The notes: generated from the sequence alone by a model not told the origin. Positions 1 to 10,650 are shown, counted from the stretch's first letter. The stretch: DNA of 49,736 bases from Tolypothrix carrinoi HA7290-LM1 (GCA_019358935.1 JAHHIK010000062.1:1-49736), one strand, 5' to 3'. Numbers and translations are program-made.

Positions 1-121
1 GAGTGAAAAATCAACCCTGAAAGCTATCGCAAAGTGCAAAATTCCAGATTCCAATTTTACGACCCAAATAGACCTTGCGATCGCAGCTTAATTTCCGCAC
101 CTTTTTTATGGTGACCTGTAC
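1..121 (+). mobile_element. Right end of an insertion sequence (transposase C-terminus plus terminal sequence) inserted in the TpsA gene
   Basis: Frame 2..91 is open (SEKSTLKAIAKCKIPDSNFTTQIDLAIAA*). After ...GGTGACCTGTAC at 121 the sequence switches abruptly at TTAG (122-125) to FHA-type coding sequence LALVGGD, which in the paralog 8028-10547 is an internal motif (SNQTLALVGGD). IS family not determined. Confidence 0.6.
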
Positions 122-2260
122 TTAGCATTGGTGGGGGGTGATATCAACTTAGAAGGGGCAACGCTTAAAACTGCTGGCGGACACATAGAATTGGGCAGTG
201 TAGGGGATAACAGTTTAGTAAGTCTCACCCCCATCAATAAAGGTTTTGCCTTGGGCTATGATGGTGTGCAAAACTTCGGAAACATTAAACTATCGCAACA
301 AGCGGCAGTTGATGCTAGTGGTCCGAGCGGTGGTGGTATACAGGTAAGAGGCAAGCGTATCACCCTCACCGATGGTTCCCAAATAGAGGCAAGTACTCTG
401 GGAGCGGACAAAGGCGGATCTTTGGTTGTGAATGCTACTGAGTCGGTAGAGGTAAGTGGTACCACCGCCAACCAGCACTTTCCTAGTGGCTTTTATGTTG
501 AAGCTTACCCAGGCGCAACCGGAGAAGCGGGAGAGTTGCGGATAAACACTGGTGAATTACTGATTAAGAATGGGGGACAGGCTAATACAATTACTTTTGG
601 TCCGGGTAAGGGCGGGAGTTTGACTGTCAATGCTAAGAGAGTGCAACTGATTGGTCGCTCCGATAATGGTAAGTTTCCCAGCGGCTTGTTGGCTTCTAGT
701 GAACCACCCCCATCAGGTCAAGTCCCAACAGGGGATGCGGGAAAGGTGACGATTACTACTGATGAATTGCTGATTCAGGATGGAGCAGAAGTTAGTGCTG
801 CCACATGGGGTGCTGGCAAGGGAGGGAGTTTGACTGTCAACGCCAAGAGAGTGCAATTGATTGGTCTTGGTAGTCCTCTTGGTACCGGTAACTGCCCCGC
901 GAATCCTTTCTGTCCTAGCGGCTTGTTTACTTATGCTCGAAGAAATACAACAGGGGATGCGGGAGACCTGACGATTCACACCGAGCAATTGCTTGTTCGG
1001 GATGGAGCACACATCAGTGTTTACACTTCTGGTGCAGGTAAGGGCGGGAGTTTGACTGTCAAGGCCAAGAGAGTGCAACTGATTGGTAATCGTACTTGCG
1101 ACAGTCTTTACTGTCTTAGCGGCTTGTTTGCTTATACTGGACAATACGGGACAGGAGATGCAGGAGAAGTACTGATTAAGACTGGCGAATTACTTATTCA
1201 GGATGGAGCAGTGGTGAATGCTAGCACATCTAATAGAGGCAAGGGTGGGAATTTGACTGTCAACGCCGAGAGAGTACAATTGATTGGTATCTCCCCCCCT
1301 ATTCAGTTCGACGACGTAGTAGGACTGATAGGTATGTTGCCCAATGATATAATTCCCAGCTCCTTGTTTACTAGTAATGTATCAAATAATGTATCAAGCG
1401 CAACAGGGAATGCGGGAAACCTGACGATTAACACTGGTCAATTGCTTGTTCAGGATGGAGCTGCAATCTCTGTGATGGCTTTTGGAGAAGGAAATGCAGG
1501 TAATTTAATTATCAATGCTCGCTCTATCCTTTTAGACAAAGGTACTCTGATCGCTAACACTCGCAGCAATAGCACTGACCCAAATAAAGAGCAAGCTACT
1601 ATCACCTTGCGTTCCAGAGATTTAATATTGCGTCGCGGTAGCAACATCACCACCGAAGCCAAACGCACAGCTACGGGTGGTAATATCACTATTGACACTG
1701 GTATCCTCGCTGCTTCTGAAAATAGCGATATCAGCGCGAATGCCGAAGCTTCCGGGGGTCGGATTAAAATTGATGCTCAAGGTATCTTTGGGACACAATT
1801 CCGGAATAAAAATACTCCAGAAAGTGACATTACTGCTACGTCAGCACTTGGACCAGAGTTTAGTGGCACCGTGAATATTAATGCACCAGATGTTGACCTC
1901 AGCCGTGGCTTAATCAACTTACCATCAGTCCCAATTGACACTGAACTTGCCCAAGGCTGCAACTCCCCCAACTATGCCCAAAGCAGTTTCATCATCACCG
2001 GACGCGGCGGCTTACCCCCCAATCCCAAAGACATTCTTACACCTGACGCTGTGCAGGTAGATTGGGTAACTCTCAACCCGGAATTAGATAAAAACTCAAG
2101 TACAAATATTTCCACCAATCCAAATACTACCACACCAGCCCCAATAGTTGAAGCGACTGGCTGGGTATTCGGTCCCAAAGGCGAAGTCATCTTTACAGCC
2201 CAAGTCCCAACACAACACCAGAATTCTTGGCAAACACCATCAAAGTGCCATGAAAAGTAA
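122..2260 (+). pseudogene. Filamentous-hemagglutinin-like TpsA exoprotein, 3' part; TPS secretion domain missing from the window
   Basis: Repeats of G(D/E)AG(D/E)L.I.T.ELLIQDGA and GKGG(S/N)LTVNA; C-terminal SSFIITGRGGLPPNP and IVEATGW motifs shared with 8028-10547. It begins at a point equal to about residue 228 of the paralog. Confidence 0.8.
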
Positions 2261-4145
2261 TACGCGCTTTGCATTCATGACTTCCACCTCACCCCCTGCC
2301 CCTCTCCTTAATAAGGAGAGGGGAGCAGTCAACGGCGGGGTGAGGTTTTTGAACACAACTCGGTATAAATTTCCAAACAAGCTGGCAACGTACTGCTTAC
2401 ATATAAGTATAGTTGCATTGCTGAACATCACTCATTCACGCCTTTTAGCACAAGTTGTGACTCGAGCACAACTACCAAATGGCAATTCTTTCCAAAGTCA
2501 ACAACTCCCTCCGCCGCAGGATGTGCAACCACGCCCATCTTCTCCAGTTCCCACACCCAAACCGCCACAGCCACTCCCTCCACCCGAAAACTTACTTCCT
2601 CCCTCTCGTCCAACTCCCACACCAAGTGAACCAATTCCTGGCAAGTTTCCTGAAACTATCATCGTTGAACGCTTTGAAGTTATTGGCAGTACCGTATTCA
2701 GCCCCGAAGAGTTAGCTCTTGTACTCGCTCCCTTTACCAACAGACCTATCTCACTGACTGAAGTGTTTCAAGCTCGTACCGCCATCACAGAGTTATACAT
2801 CAAAAAAGGTTACATCACTTCTGGAGCATATATCCCTGCTCAAACAATGCAGTCCGGTGTTGTCAAAATCCAGGTAGTCGAGGGTAAATTGGAAGACATC
2901 CAAGTCACAGGTATCAGGCGACTAAGACGCAATTATGTACGCAGTCGCCTAGCAAGAGCCACCTCGCCGCCTCTCAATAGAGAGCGCTTGCTCGAAGCCT
3001 TGCAACTGCTGCAACTTAACCCTTTGATTCAAAACCTGTCTGCTGAACTCACCGCAGGAACACGTCCCGCTACAACCATACTACAAGTCCAGATACAAGA
3101 AGCACAAACCTTTAGTACGCAAATCGTTTTGGATAATAGGCGATCGCCCAGTGTTGGTAACTTCCGCCGTCGATTACAAGTTAACCAAGCTAATTTACTT
3201 GGATTTGGAGATGGTCTGAGTTTAGCATACACCAACACCGATGGCAGCAACGCCTTTGATGCTAACTACACATTTCCCGTCAATCCCCAAAATGGCACTC
3301 TCTCTTTTTACTACGGTACAACATCCAGCGAAATCATTGAACGTTTTTTCAATTCCCTAGATATACAATCAGCTTCCCGCTACTACGAACTCACATTCCG
3401 CCAGCCAGTCATCCAAACTCCTACGCAAGAATTTGCTCTTGGCTTTACCGCCTCTCGACGAGAAAGTGAGGCTTCATATAATCCTGGAGAGATTGGAAGA
3501 ATTGGCTTTCCTTCCATTGGCGCTGATGAAGAGGGACGCACTCGGGTATCTGCGTTACGATTTTTTCAAGAATGGACTGCTCGCAACAGCCGTGAAGTTA
3601 TCGCCGCTCGCTCTCAATTTAACATTGGATTGGGTGCATTAGGTGCGACAATTAATAGTAACCTTCCCGATAGCCGCTTTTTCTCATGGCAAGGACAAGC
3701 TCAGTGGGTACGTCTTTTGGCTCCTGACACCGTACTGTTACTTCGTGCAGATATGCAACTGGCATCAACAGCACTTCTACCTTTAGAGCAGATTGGTTTA
3801 GGTGGGTTGGATAGTGTTCGCGGCTACCGTCAAGATTTCTTACTTACAGATAATGGTGCTTTTGCTTCTGCTGAAGTTCAAGTCCCAATTCTGCGCGTAC
3901 GCGAGATAAATGGCGTTTTACAAATCATCCCCTTTGTTGATTTCGGTGTTGGCTGGAACAGTTCAGATACAGACAATCCAAACCCTAACACTTTAGCATC
4001 CGCCGGTCTTGGTTTACGCTGGTCACAGAGCGATCGCTTTACTGCTCGTCTTGACTGGGGTATTCCTTTAATATCTGTTGATTCAAGGGAAAGAACATGG
4101 CAAGAAAACGGTCTGTATTTTTCCATACAATACAACCCTTTCTGA
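2148..4145 (+). CDS. ShlB/FhaC/HecB family TpsB outer-membrane transporter (true start probably 2250 or later)
   Basis: Pro-rich linker, POTRA-like segment (LYIKKGYITSGAYIP..VKIQVVEG), VRGY motif (GGLDSVRGYRQD), C-terminal Phe. Confidence 0.9.
   Translation: MKRLAGYSVPKAKSSLQPKSQHNTRILGKHHQSAMKSNTRFAFMTSTSPPAPLLNKERGAVNGGVRFLNTTRYKFPNKLATYCLHISIVALLNITHSRLLAQVVTRAQLPNGNSFQSQQLPPPQDVQPRPSSPVPTPKPPQPLPPPENLLPPSRPTPTPSEPIPGKFPETIIVERFEVIGSTVFSPEELALVLAPFTNRPISLTEVFQARTAITELYIKKGYITSGAYIPAQTMQSGVVKIQVVEGKLEDIQVTGIRRLRRNYVRSRLARATSPPLNRERLLEALQLLQLNPLIQNLSAELTAGTRPATTILQVQIQEAQTFSTQIVLDNRRSPSVGNFRRRLQVNQANLLGFGDGLSLAYTNTDGSNAFDANYTFPVNPQNGTLSFYYGTTSSEIIERFFNSLDIQSASRYYELTFRQPVIQTPTQEFALGFTASRRESEASYNPGEIGRIGFPSIGADEEGRTRVSALRFFQEWTARNSREVIAARSQFNIGLGALGATINSNLPDSRFFSWQGQAQWVRLLAPDTVLLLRADMQLASTALLPLEQIGLGGLDSVRGYRQDFLLTDNGAFASAEVQVPILRVREINGVLQIIPFVDFGVGWNSSDTDNPNPNTLASAGLGLRWSQSDRFTARLDWGIPLISVDSRERTWQENGLYFSIQYNPF
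2286..2346. repeat. Palindromic dispersed repeat in the 5' part of tpsB
   Basis: Outer inverted repeat ACCTCACCCC/GGGGTGAGGT and inner hairpin CCCCTCTCCTTA-A-TAAGGAGAGGGG. Confidence 0.7.
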
Positions 4146-7102
4146 TATTTGGGCGATCGCGTAGAAAGTGGCTGACTGAAAAAAGGCAGAGGGCAGAGGG
4201 CAGAGGAGCCAGTGCGGTGGACGGGTTCCCCGGCATAAAGGAGCCAGTGCGGTCTTGGTGTCAGACCAAGTGGAGCACCTGGCATCACCTGGCGTGGCAG
4301 AAGGGAAAAGAGTTGTTCCCTCTGCTATCAGGTTGCAAGCCCCTAAATTTATTTATGGAGAAGGGAAAAGATTTGTTCCAAGATTGCTTGCAACGAGCGA
4401 ACTTGCGTGTCCTTGTATCAAATCCTTACATTTATGTAAGGGGTTTCCTTCTGTCTCCAGCAAAGCTGCCTTCTGCCTTGCCCCGAAGGGGCTTGACTCA
4501 GGGTGTATTGGCGCTGCTGACTGCGTTTCTCTGCACAGTACTTTCACCAGTTTTTGCCACCGTACTGGCTGTTAATTCTACTACCCAGACTCCACAAAGT
4601 AACACGGCTCAAAGCGAAAACTCTGTGCAAATTGGCAAAGCACTGTATGAGGCTGGAAGATTTGCTGAAGCAGTCAAGGTTTTGGAACAAGCAGCAGCAG
4701 CCTTTAAAGCCAGTGGGGATAAACTCAATCAAGCTATGACTTTGAGCAATCTTTCTCTAGTTTATCAGCAACTCGGACAGTGGACTCAAGCTGAAGGTGC
4801 AATTACCCAAAGTCTGAACCTCTTAAAAAATGGCGACAACTCAAAACAGCGTTTTGCAATTTTCGCCCAGGCTCTAGATGTCCAAGGGCGGTTACAATTG
4901 GCACGAGGACAAACTCAAGCTGCACTTTCTACATGGCAAGAAGCCGCAAAAATTTATAAGCAAATAGGCGATTCGGCGACATTAACCCGGAACCGCATTA
5001 ATACTGCTCAAGCGATGCAAGCTTTGGGGTTTTACCGTCAGGCGAGCAAGACTTTAACTGAGGTTCAGCAATCTCTGACAAAGCTTCCAGACTCTCCACT
5101 TAAAGCGACAGGATTGCGTAGTCTCGGCAATATCCTGCGAGTTGTTGGTGATTTAAACACCTCTAGAGAAGTCTTGAAGGAAAGTTTAGCAGTAGCGCAG
5201 CGAGTGCAATCTCCAATCGCTATCGGTGAGACTTTGCTCAGTTACGGTAACACGGCTCTCGCTCAGGGGAAAACTCAACTTACTCTGGGTAACACAACCC
5301 AAGCTGAAAAAGAAACTCAAGCAGCATTAAAATACTACCAACAAGCTGCCCTTGTCGCACAACCCACCACGCGCATCCAGGCACAGCTCAATCAACTTAG
5401 CCTACTTCTGGAAAAGGAGCAATTTCCTGCTGCATTGGCTTTAGCATCTCAAATTCAACCAGAAATAAGTAAGTTGCCCACCAGCAGAACGTCAATATAT
5501 GCCCAGATTAACTATGCCCAAAGTATAACACAATTAAGACAGAAAACTACCACAGATAGTCCTTCATGGCTGGATATTGCTCAGATGTTGTCGGGTGCTG
5601 TTCAGCAGGCGCAAAGCTTAAAAGACCAACGAGCAGAATCTTATGCCCTGGGTACTTTAGGCGGGTTGTATGAAAAAACAGGGCAATTCTCTGAAGCACA
5701 AAACCTTACCAAGCAAGCACTGATCATAGCTCAAACTCTTGAACCTGAGGACATTGCTTATCAGTGGCAATGGCAGTTGGGACGTTTGCTAAAAGCCAAG
5801 GGAGATATTCCAGGAGCAACTGCTGCATACGATTCAGCATTCAAAACCCTTGAGTCCCTGCGTCGAGATTTAGTCGCCATGAATCCGGAAATTCAGTTTT
5901 CCTTCCGCGAGAGTGTGGAACCTGTCTATCGGGAGTTGGTTGATTTGCGGTTGCAAAGCTTGGGTAACGCTGAAACTATGCAATACAATCTTACGCAAGC
6001 CCGTAATGTGATTGAATCGCTCCAGCAAGCGGAACTGAACAACTTCTTCCGCTCACCCTGTGTGGAACCGAGGGTAGCAATTGACACTGCGCTTGGGCAG
6101 GACAAAAAAGCAGCAATTATATATCCAATTATTTTACCAGATCGCATTGAGGTTATTCTCACGTTGCCTGGACAAAAGGAACTTCGCAAATATACAACGG
6201 CTATACCCAAGGATAAAGTAGAAAGCACTGTCGCTTCCCTGCGGAAAGACCTACTGCAAGTCGAACAGACTTTTCAGGTTCAGAAGCAGTCTCAGGAAAT
6301 ATATGAGTGGTTAATCCGACCGATGGAAGCAGACTTTACTAAAAATGAGATAAAAACCTTAGTGTTTATACTGAATAGTGAATTGCAGAATATCCCGATG
6401 GGGGTTCTCTACGATAAACAGCAACAGAAATATTTGATAGAGAAATATGCTTTAGCTCTCACCCCTGGGTTGCAACTTTTTGATCCCAAACCTTTACAAA
6501 AGGTACAGTTAAATGCTTTAACTGCTGGAGTAGGCGAAAAACGCTTTGGGTTTTCTGCATTGCAAAATGTGCCACGGGAATTGAAAGAAATCAAGTCTGA
6601 GGTACCCAGGAGTGAAGAACTGTTGAATCAGCAGTTTACTGAAAACAACTTGCAAAAGAGACTGCAATCAAATTCTTTCTCGGTAGTTCATTTGGCGACT
6701 CACGGCGAGTTTAGTTCCGACCCAGAAAAAACTTTTATTCTTGCTTGGGATAAACTGTTAAAGGTAAAGGATTTTGATAGTTTACTGCGAGTGAGTGAAT
6801 CTAGCAGGTCTAGCAACATTGAATTACTCGTCCTGAGTGCTTGCAAAACTGCGCTGGGAGACAAGCGAGCAGCGTTGGGATTAGCTGGAGTGGCTGTGCG
6901 AGCGGGCGCACGCAGTACACTGGCTTCTTTATGGTCAGTAGATGACCAGTCTACCGCAGATTTGATGAGTGAGTTTTACCGACAGTTAAATAATGGGGCG
7001 AGTAAAGCCGAAGCACTCCAGCGTGCTCAACTTGCGGTTTTTGCAAAGGATAATAATCCTTATTTTTGGGCACCTTATGTGCTGTTGGGAAATTGGTTGT
7101 AA
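4097..7102 (+). CDS. TPR + CHAT (caspase/HetF-like) domain protein
   Basis: TPR-like helical repeats; CHAT motifs VVHLATHGEF (His), LLVLSACKTA (Cys), ASLWSV and PYFWAPYVLLGNW. Confidence 0.9.
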   Translation: MARKRSVFFHTIQPFLIFGRSRRKWLTEKRQRAEGRGASAVDGFPGIKEPVRSWCQTKWSTWHHLAWQKGKELFPLLSGCKPLNLFMEKGKDLFQDCLQRANLRVLVSNPYIYVRGFLLSPAKLPSALPRRGLTQGVLALLTAFLCTVLSPVFATVLAVNSTTQTPQSNTAQSENSVQIGKALYEAGRFAEAVKVLEQAAAAFKASGDKLNQAMTLSNLSLVYQQLGQWTQAEGAITQSLNLLKNGDNSKQRFAIFAQALDVQGRLQLARGQTQAALSTWQEAAKIYKQIGDSATLTRNRINTAQAMQALGFYRQASKTLTEVQQSLTKLPDSPLKATGLRSLGNILRVVGDLNTSREVLKESLAVAQRVQSPIAIGETLLSYGNTALAQGKTQLTLGNTTQAEKETQAALKYYQQAALVAQPTTRIQAQLNQLSLLLEKEQFPAALALASQIQPEISKLPTSRTSIYAQINYAQSITQLRQKTTTDSPSWLDIAQMLSGAVQQAQSLKDQRAESYALGTLGGLYEKTGQFSEAQNLTKQALIIAQTLEPEDIAYQWQWQLGRLLKAKGDIPGATAAYDSAFKTLESLRRDLVAMNPEIQFSFRESVEPVYRELVDLRLQSLGNAETMQYNLTQARNVIESLQQAELNNFFRSPCVEPRVAIDTALGQDKKAAIIYPIILPDRIEVILTLPGQKELRKYTTAIPKDKVESTVASLRKDLLQVEQTFQVQKQSQEIYEWLIRPMEADFTKNEIKTLVFILNSELQNIPMGVLYDKQQQKYLIEKYALALTPGLQLFDPKPLQKVQLNALTAGVGEKRFGFSALQNVPRELKEIKSEVPRSEELLNQQFTENNLQKRLQSNSFSVVHLATHGEFSSDPEKTFILAWDKLLKVKDFDSLLRVSESSRSSNIELLVLSACKTALGDKRAALGLAGVAVRAGARSTLASLWSVDDQSTADLMSEFYRQLNNGASKAEALQRAQLAVFAKDNNPYFWAPYVLLGNWL
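4178..4498 (+). mobile_element. Miniature non-autonomous element with nested short repeats, inserted in frame (321 bp) in the CHAT gene
   Basis: Begins GAAAAAAGGCAGAGGGCAG, ends CTGCCTTCTGCCTT plus hairpin GCCCCGAAGGGGC; flanked by TGACT direct repeats (4173-4177, 4494-4498); related to 13927-14595 and 48770-48965. Confidence 0.7.
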
Positions 7103-7192
7103 GGGTCGCAATAGAGAAACCAAACGTTGTGTAAACAAGTGTCTATCATTAAAAAAATAACCAATTCCTAGGGATGAGGAAAAACTTCCGCA

Positions 7193-7501
7193 ATGCAGTA
7201 TCAAGTCTTTATCCAAAGTCAATCAGAACAGAGCTTTATTGCATCTGTTGTGGGGATGCCTAATTTAACCGTTGAGGGTAGGACAGAAAAAGAGGCGATC
7301 GCTCTCGCAAAGGCTGCCTTAGAATCACAATTGGCAACAGGGAAATTTGTGACCATTGAGGTAAATCCAATCTTACAACCTATTCGGACTGTACCCCAAA
7401 TGAAGTATGCAGGGATATTCGCAGACGATCCAACGTTTGATGATTTTATGGAGAAACTGGCTGTAATCCGCAAACAAGCTAATGCTGTAGAAGACGGGTG
7501 A
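7193..7501 (+). CDS. HicB-like antitoxin
   Basis: RNase H-like HicB pattern (FIASVVGMPNLTVEGRTEKEAI); overlaps the start of the PIN toxin gene. Confidence 0.7.
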   Translation: MQYQVFIQSQSEQSFIASVVGMPNLTVEGRTEKEAIALAKAALESQLATGKFVTIEVNPILQPIRTVPQMKYAGIFADDPTFDDFMEKLAVIRKQANAVEDG

Positions 7502-7902
7502 TGGCAACCTACATTTTAGATACTGACCACCTTAGTTTCTACGGACGCAATCACCCAACAGTCGTAGCACGGTTGCAGGCAATTCAGGTGCAATTGACGA
7601 CAACTGCGATCAATGTTGAAGAACAGTTACGGGGTCGTTTAGCACAAATTGCTGAAGCTAGGGATGGAGCGACATTATCGAGTGCTTATCAGCGACTAGT
7701 AGAAACAGTCATGATGCTGTCAGAGTTTGATGTTCTTCAGTACGATACAAAATCCCGTGAAATTTATCAAGAACTTAAAGGGCGGCGCATTCGTGTTGGT
7801 ACTCAAGATTTACGAATCGCCTCTATCACCCTTGCTTACAAAGGAATACTCTTAACAAGAAACCTGCAAGACTTTGAAAAAGTTCCAGGACTATCCATCT
7901 AA
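7498..7902 (+). CDS. vapC: PIN-domain (VapC) toxin, possibly shortened by a premature stop
   Basis: YILDTD, EE, DLRIASI and TRNLQDF PIN motifs; after the TAA the frame continues DWSILG*. Confidence 0.85.
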   Translation: MMATYILDTDHLSFYGRNHPTVVARLQAIQVQLTTTAINVEEQLRGRLAQIAEARDGATLSSAYQRLVETVMMLSEFDVLQYDTKSREIYQELKGRRIRVGTQDLRIASITLAYKGILLTRNLQDFEKVPGLSI

Positions 7903-7910
7903 GACTGGTC

Positions 7911-8002
7911 AATCTTGGGCTAACTCAGTATCAACTGGTGCAGTTGGCAAGTTGATTTACGCCACTGTTGAGGTCGATTTTAGCGGCTCCATCTTGAACG
8001 AG
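7911..8002 (-). pseudogene. Short, internally deleted relic of a third TpsA gene
   Basis: Minus strand reads LVQDGA-AKIDLNSG, then after a frameshift INLPTAPVDTELAQD*; matches IDPNSGLINLPSVPVDTKLAQG of 8028-10547. Confidence 0.7.
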
Positions 8003-8027
8003 GTTATGAATTATATTTATCTAAAAT

Positions 8028-10547
8028 CTAGGTATGGCACTTAGCTGGTGTTTGCCAAGAACTGCGAGGCGTGGTGGTGGGTGCCGAGGCTGTGAAAACT
8101 ACCTCGCCTTTGGCGTTGAACACCCACCCAGTCGCTTCAACTATGGGTTCTGGCGTGGGGTTTGTTGGTGTGGAAACAGATGGACTCTTGCGGTTGTCAG
8201 TGTTTGGGTTGAGAGTCACCCAATCTACTTGAACGGCGTCCGGTGTGAGAATGTCCTTGGGGTTGGGGGGTAAGCCGCCGCGTCCGGTGATAATGAAACT
8301 GCTTTTCGCGTAGTTGGGGGAGTTGCAACCTTGGGCAAGTTTGGTGTCAACTGGGACTGATGGCAAGTTGATTAAGCCACTGTTGGGGTCGATTTCGGGT
8401 GTGTTGAGTTCTACAGTGCCGTTTACGCCAAATTCTGAACTCGCTGTGATGTCGCTTGTTTGTGGGTTTTGTTTTTCTCGAAATTGAGTGCCATAGATAC
8501 CAAAAGCGTTGATTTGGACTCTACCGCCTTTGCCAGTGAAGGCATTGGCGGTGATATCGCTGTTTTCCGAAGGGGCAGCGACGATGAAGCCCGACGGGGT
8601 ATTGATGGTGATGTTACCGCCATCGCCACCCTGCTGTGCCGTGCCTGCTGTGGTGGAAATTTCACTGCCACGGCGCATCAGCAATAAGTCTGCAACGTTC
8701 AACTTGAGGTTACCGCCATTGCCAGAGAGAGTCTGTGCTGTAATCTCACCGTTGTCGAGGCGCACGGAATTAGCAGTGATGCTGAGGTTGCCTGCCACAC
8801 CTTTTCCACTGCTGCTGGCACTAACAACTGCCCCATCCTGAATGAGTAACTCACCAATGTTAATTGTTAAGTCTCCCGCATTGCTGATTGTACCTGGGTC
8901 AGCTTGAGTAAACAAGCCGCTGCGAACCCGACCATCGGCGGAGCGACCAATTAGTTGTGCCTTGTCAGCTATGACGGTCAAATTCCCGCCCTTGCCACCA
9001 CCAAATGTGCCAGCACTTACTTGAGCCCTATCCTGAATGAGCAGCTCACGGGTATTAATGGTCAAGTCTCCCGCATCTCCAGTTGCGTCTTTGTTAACGC
9101 TAGAAAACAAGCCGCTGGGAATCTGACCATTGGTGGAAGCACCAATTAGTTGCACTTTATCGGCTGTGACGGTTAAATTCCCACCCTTGCCACTACTAAA
9201 TGTACCAGTATTTACCTGTGCCCCATCCTGGATAAACAATTCACGGGTGTTAACTGTCAGGTCTCCCGCATCCCCTGATGAGCCTGAGTTAGCTTGAGCA
9301 AACAAGCCACTGGAATACATTTTATTGGCGGTGGTACCAATTAGTTGCACTTTATCGGCTGTGACGGTCAAATTCCCGCCCTTGCCACCACCAAATGTGC
9401 CAGTAACTACCTGTGCCCCACCCTGAATGAGCAACTCACGGGTGTTAATTGTCAAGTCTCCCGCATCTCCAGTTGCGCCTTGGTTAACGCTAGAAAACAA
9501 GCCGCTGGAAAACTGACCACCGGCAGATTCACCAATTAGCTCCACCAATTCAGTAGCCTTCACAACCATTACTCCGCCTTTGTCCGCCCCCAGAGTACTT
9601 GTCTCTATCAGAGAGCCATTGCTCAGGGTGATTCTCCTGCCTACTACTTGTATATCACCACCACCTGCGCCTCTGGCATCTACCACCGCTTGTTGGGATA
9701 GTTGAACGTTCCCAAAGTTTTGCACGCCATCATAGCCCAAAGCAAAACCTTTGTTGATGGCGGTGAGGCTGACTAGACCTTCTCCTGCAACACTGCCCAA
9801 TTCTATCCTTCCGCCAGCTGTCTTGAGCGTTGCTCTCTGTAAGCTGACATCACCCCCCACCAACGCTAAAGTTTGATTGGATGGCACCCGTAGTTGAGTT
9901 GTTGCCCTGATTCCTTGACCATCGCCCTGCACCTGAATCGAACCAGGATTTGCCCCATATTGCAAGCCAATAGGAACACTCACGGTCAACAACGGTTTTG
10001 TTTGAGGAGCCAAAGCACTAAACTCTGTACCATCTGGAAACTTCAGACTACTGGCAGTACTCGCTATAAACGAACCCCTGACATCCAAACTGGCATTTTT
10101 CCCAAAAATAATCCCATTCGGATTAATCACAAACAAGTTAGCATTACCCAAAACACCAAGTTTCCCAAAAATCCTAGATGCATCACTCCCTGTCACCCGA
10201 CTCAGAATATTCTCAATTCCAGATGGATTTGCAAAATACGCCTCTCGTCCTTCACCGATATGAAATTGCGAAAAACTGTGAAACAGATTAGCTCCGCGAA
10301 TTGCTCCACCATCAATTTTGTCAGCTTGCGGGTTTATTGGTGTTACCACAGAACTTTCTGCTCCCAGTGTACCATCCGCTACGGGCTTAAGTTCTTGAGC
10401 AAGAGTGGAACTTGCAGAGAATGCAACTGTCTGTAACATGGCTGCGGCGATTGGGCACAGCTTAGCGCCCTTACGGGCGATCGCACACAAGGGAGCCATC
10501 TCTAATCTCAATAAGAATCTACACTTACTAGAATTTTTTGTTAACAA
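8028..10547 (-). CDS. Filamentous-hemagglutinin-like TpsA exoprotein (intact)
   Basis: TPS domain (NLFHSFSQF, NILSRVTG, NPNGIIFG), four ~60-aa internal repeats, conserved C-terminal block. Start codon uncertain. Confidence 0.9.
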   Translation of the reverse strand: MLTKNSSKCRFLLRLEMAPLCAIARKGAKLCPIAAAMLQTVAFSASSTLAQELKPVADGTLGAESSVVTPINPQADKIDGGAIRGANLFHSFSQFHIGEGREAYFANPSGIENILSRVTGSDASRIFGKLGVLGNANLFVINPNGIIFGKNASLDVRGSFIASTASSLKFPDGTEFSALAPQTKPLLTVSVPIGLQYGANPGSIQVQGDGQGIRATTQLRVPSNQTLALVGGDVSLQRATLKTAGGRIELGSVAGEGLVSLTAINKGFALGYDGVQNFGNVQLSQQAVVDARGAGGGDIQVVGRRITLSNGSLIETSTLGADKGGVMVVKATELVELIGESAGGQFSSGLFSSVNQGATGDAGDLTINTRELLIQGGAQVVTGTFGGGKGGNLTVTADKVQLIGTTANKMYSSGLFAQANSGSSGDAGDLTVNTRELFIQDGAQVNTGTFSSGKGGNLTVTADKVQLIGASTNGQIPSGLFSSVNKDATGDAGDLTINTRELLIQDRAQVSAGTFGGGKGGNLTVIADKAQLIGRSADGRVRSGLFTQADPGTISNAGDLTINIGELLIQDGAVVSASSSGKGVAGNLSITANSVRLDNGEITAQTLSGNGGNLKLNVADLLLMRRGSEISTTAGTAQQGGDGGNITINTPSGFIVAAPSENSDITANAFTGKGGRVQINAFGIYGTQFREKQNPQTSDITASSEFGVNGTVELNTPEIDPNSGLINLPSVPVDTKLAQGCNSPNYAKSSFIITGRGGLPPNPKDILTPDAVQVDWVTLNPNTDNRKSPSVSTPTNPTPEPIVEATGWVFNAKGEVVFTASAPTTTPRSSWQTPAKCHT
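10447..10484. repeat. 30-bp short dispersed repeat inserted at a HIP1 site in the TpsA signal region
   Basis: GCGATTGGGCACAGCTTAGCGCCCTTACGG followed by GCGATCGC; frame preserved. Confidence 0.5.
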
Positions 10548-10650
10548 GTAGTTCTCCCTATCGCTGTGATCGCAGTTGCATTAGTCATCAGTGTAAACCA
10601 CATTCAGTTGAATACTAATCTGCTTACTTCTCGGTTTCCGGTGTACGAGT

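Noticed and set aside
8880..9560. About 180-bp tandem DNA repeats and antisense ORFs such as 8955-9149 and 9345-9539
   Set aside because: Explained by the internal protein repeats of TpsA; the antisense ORFs are shadows.
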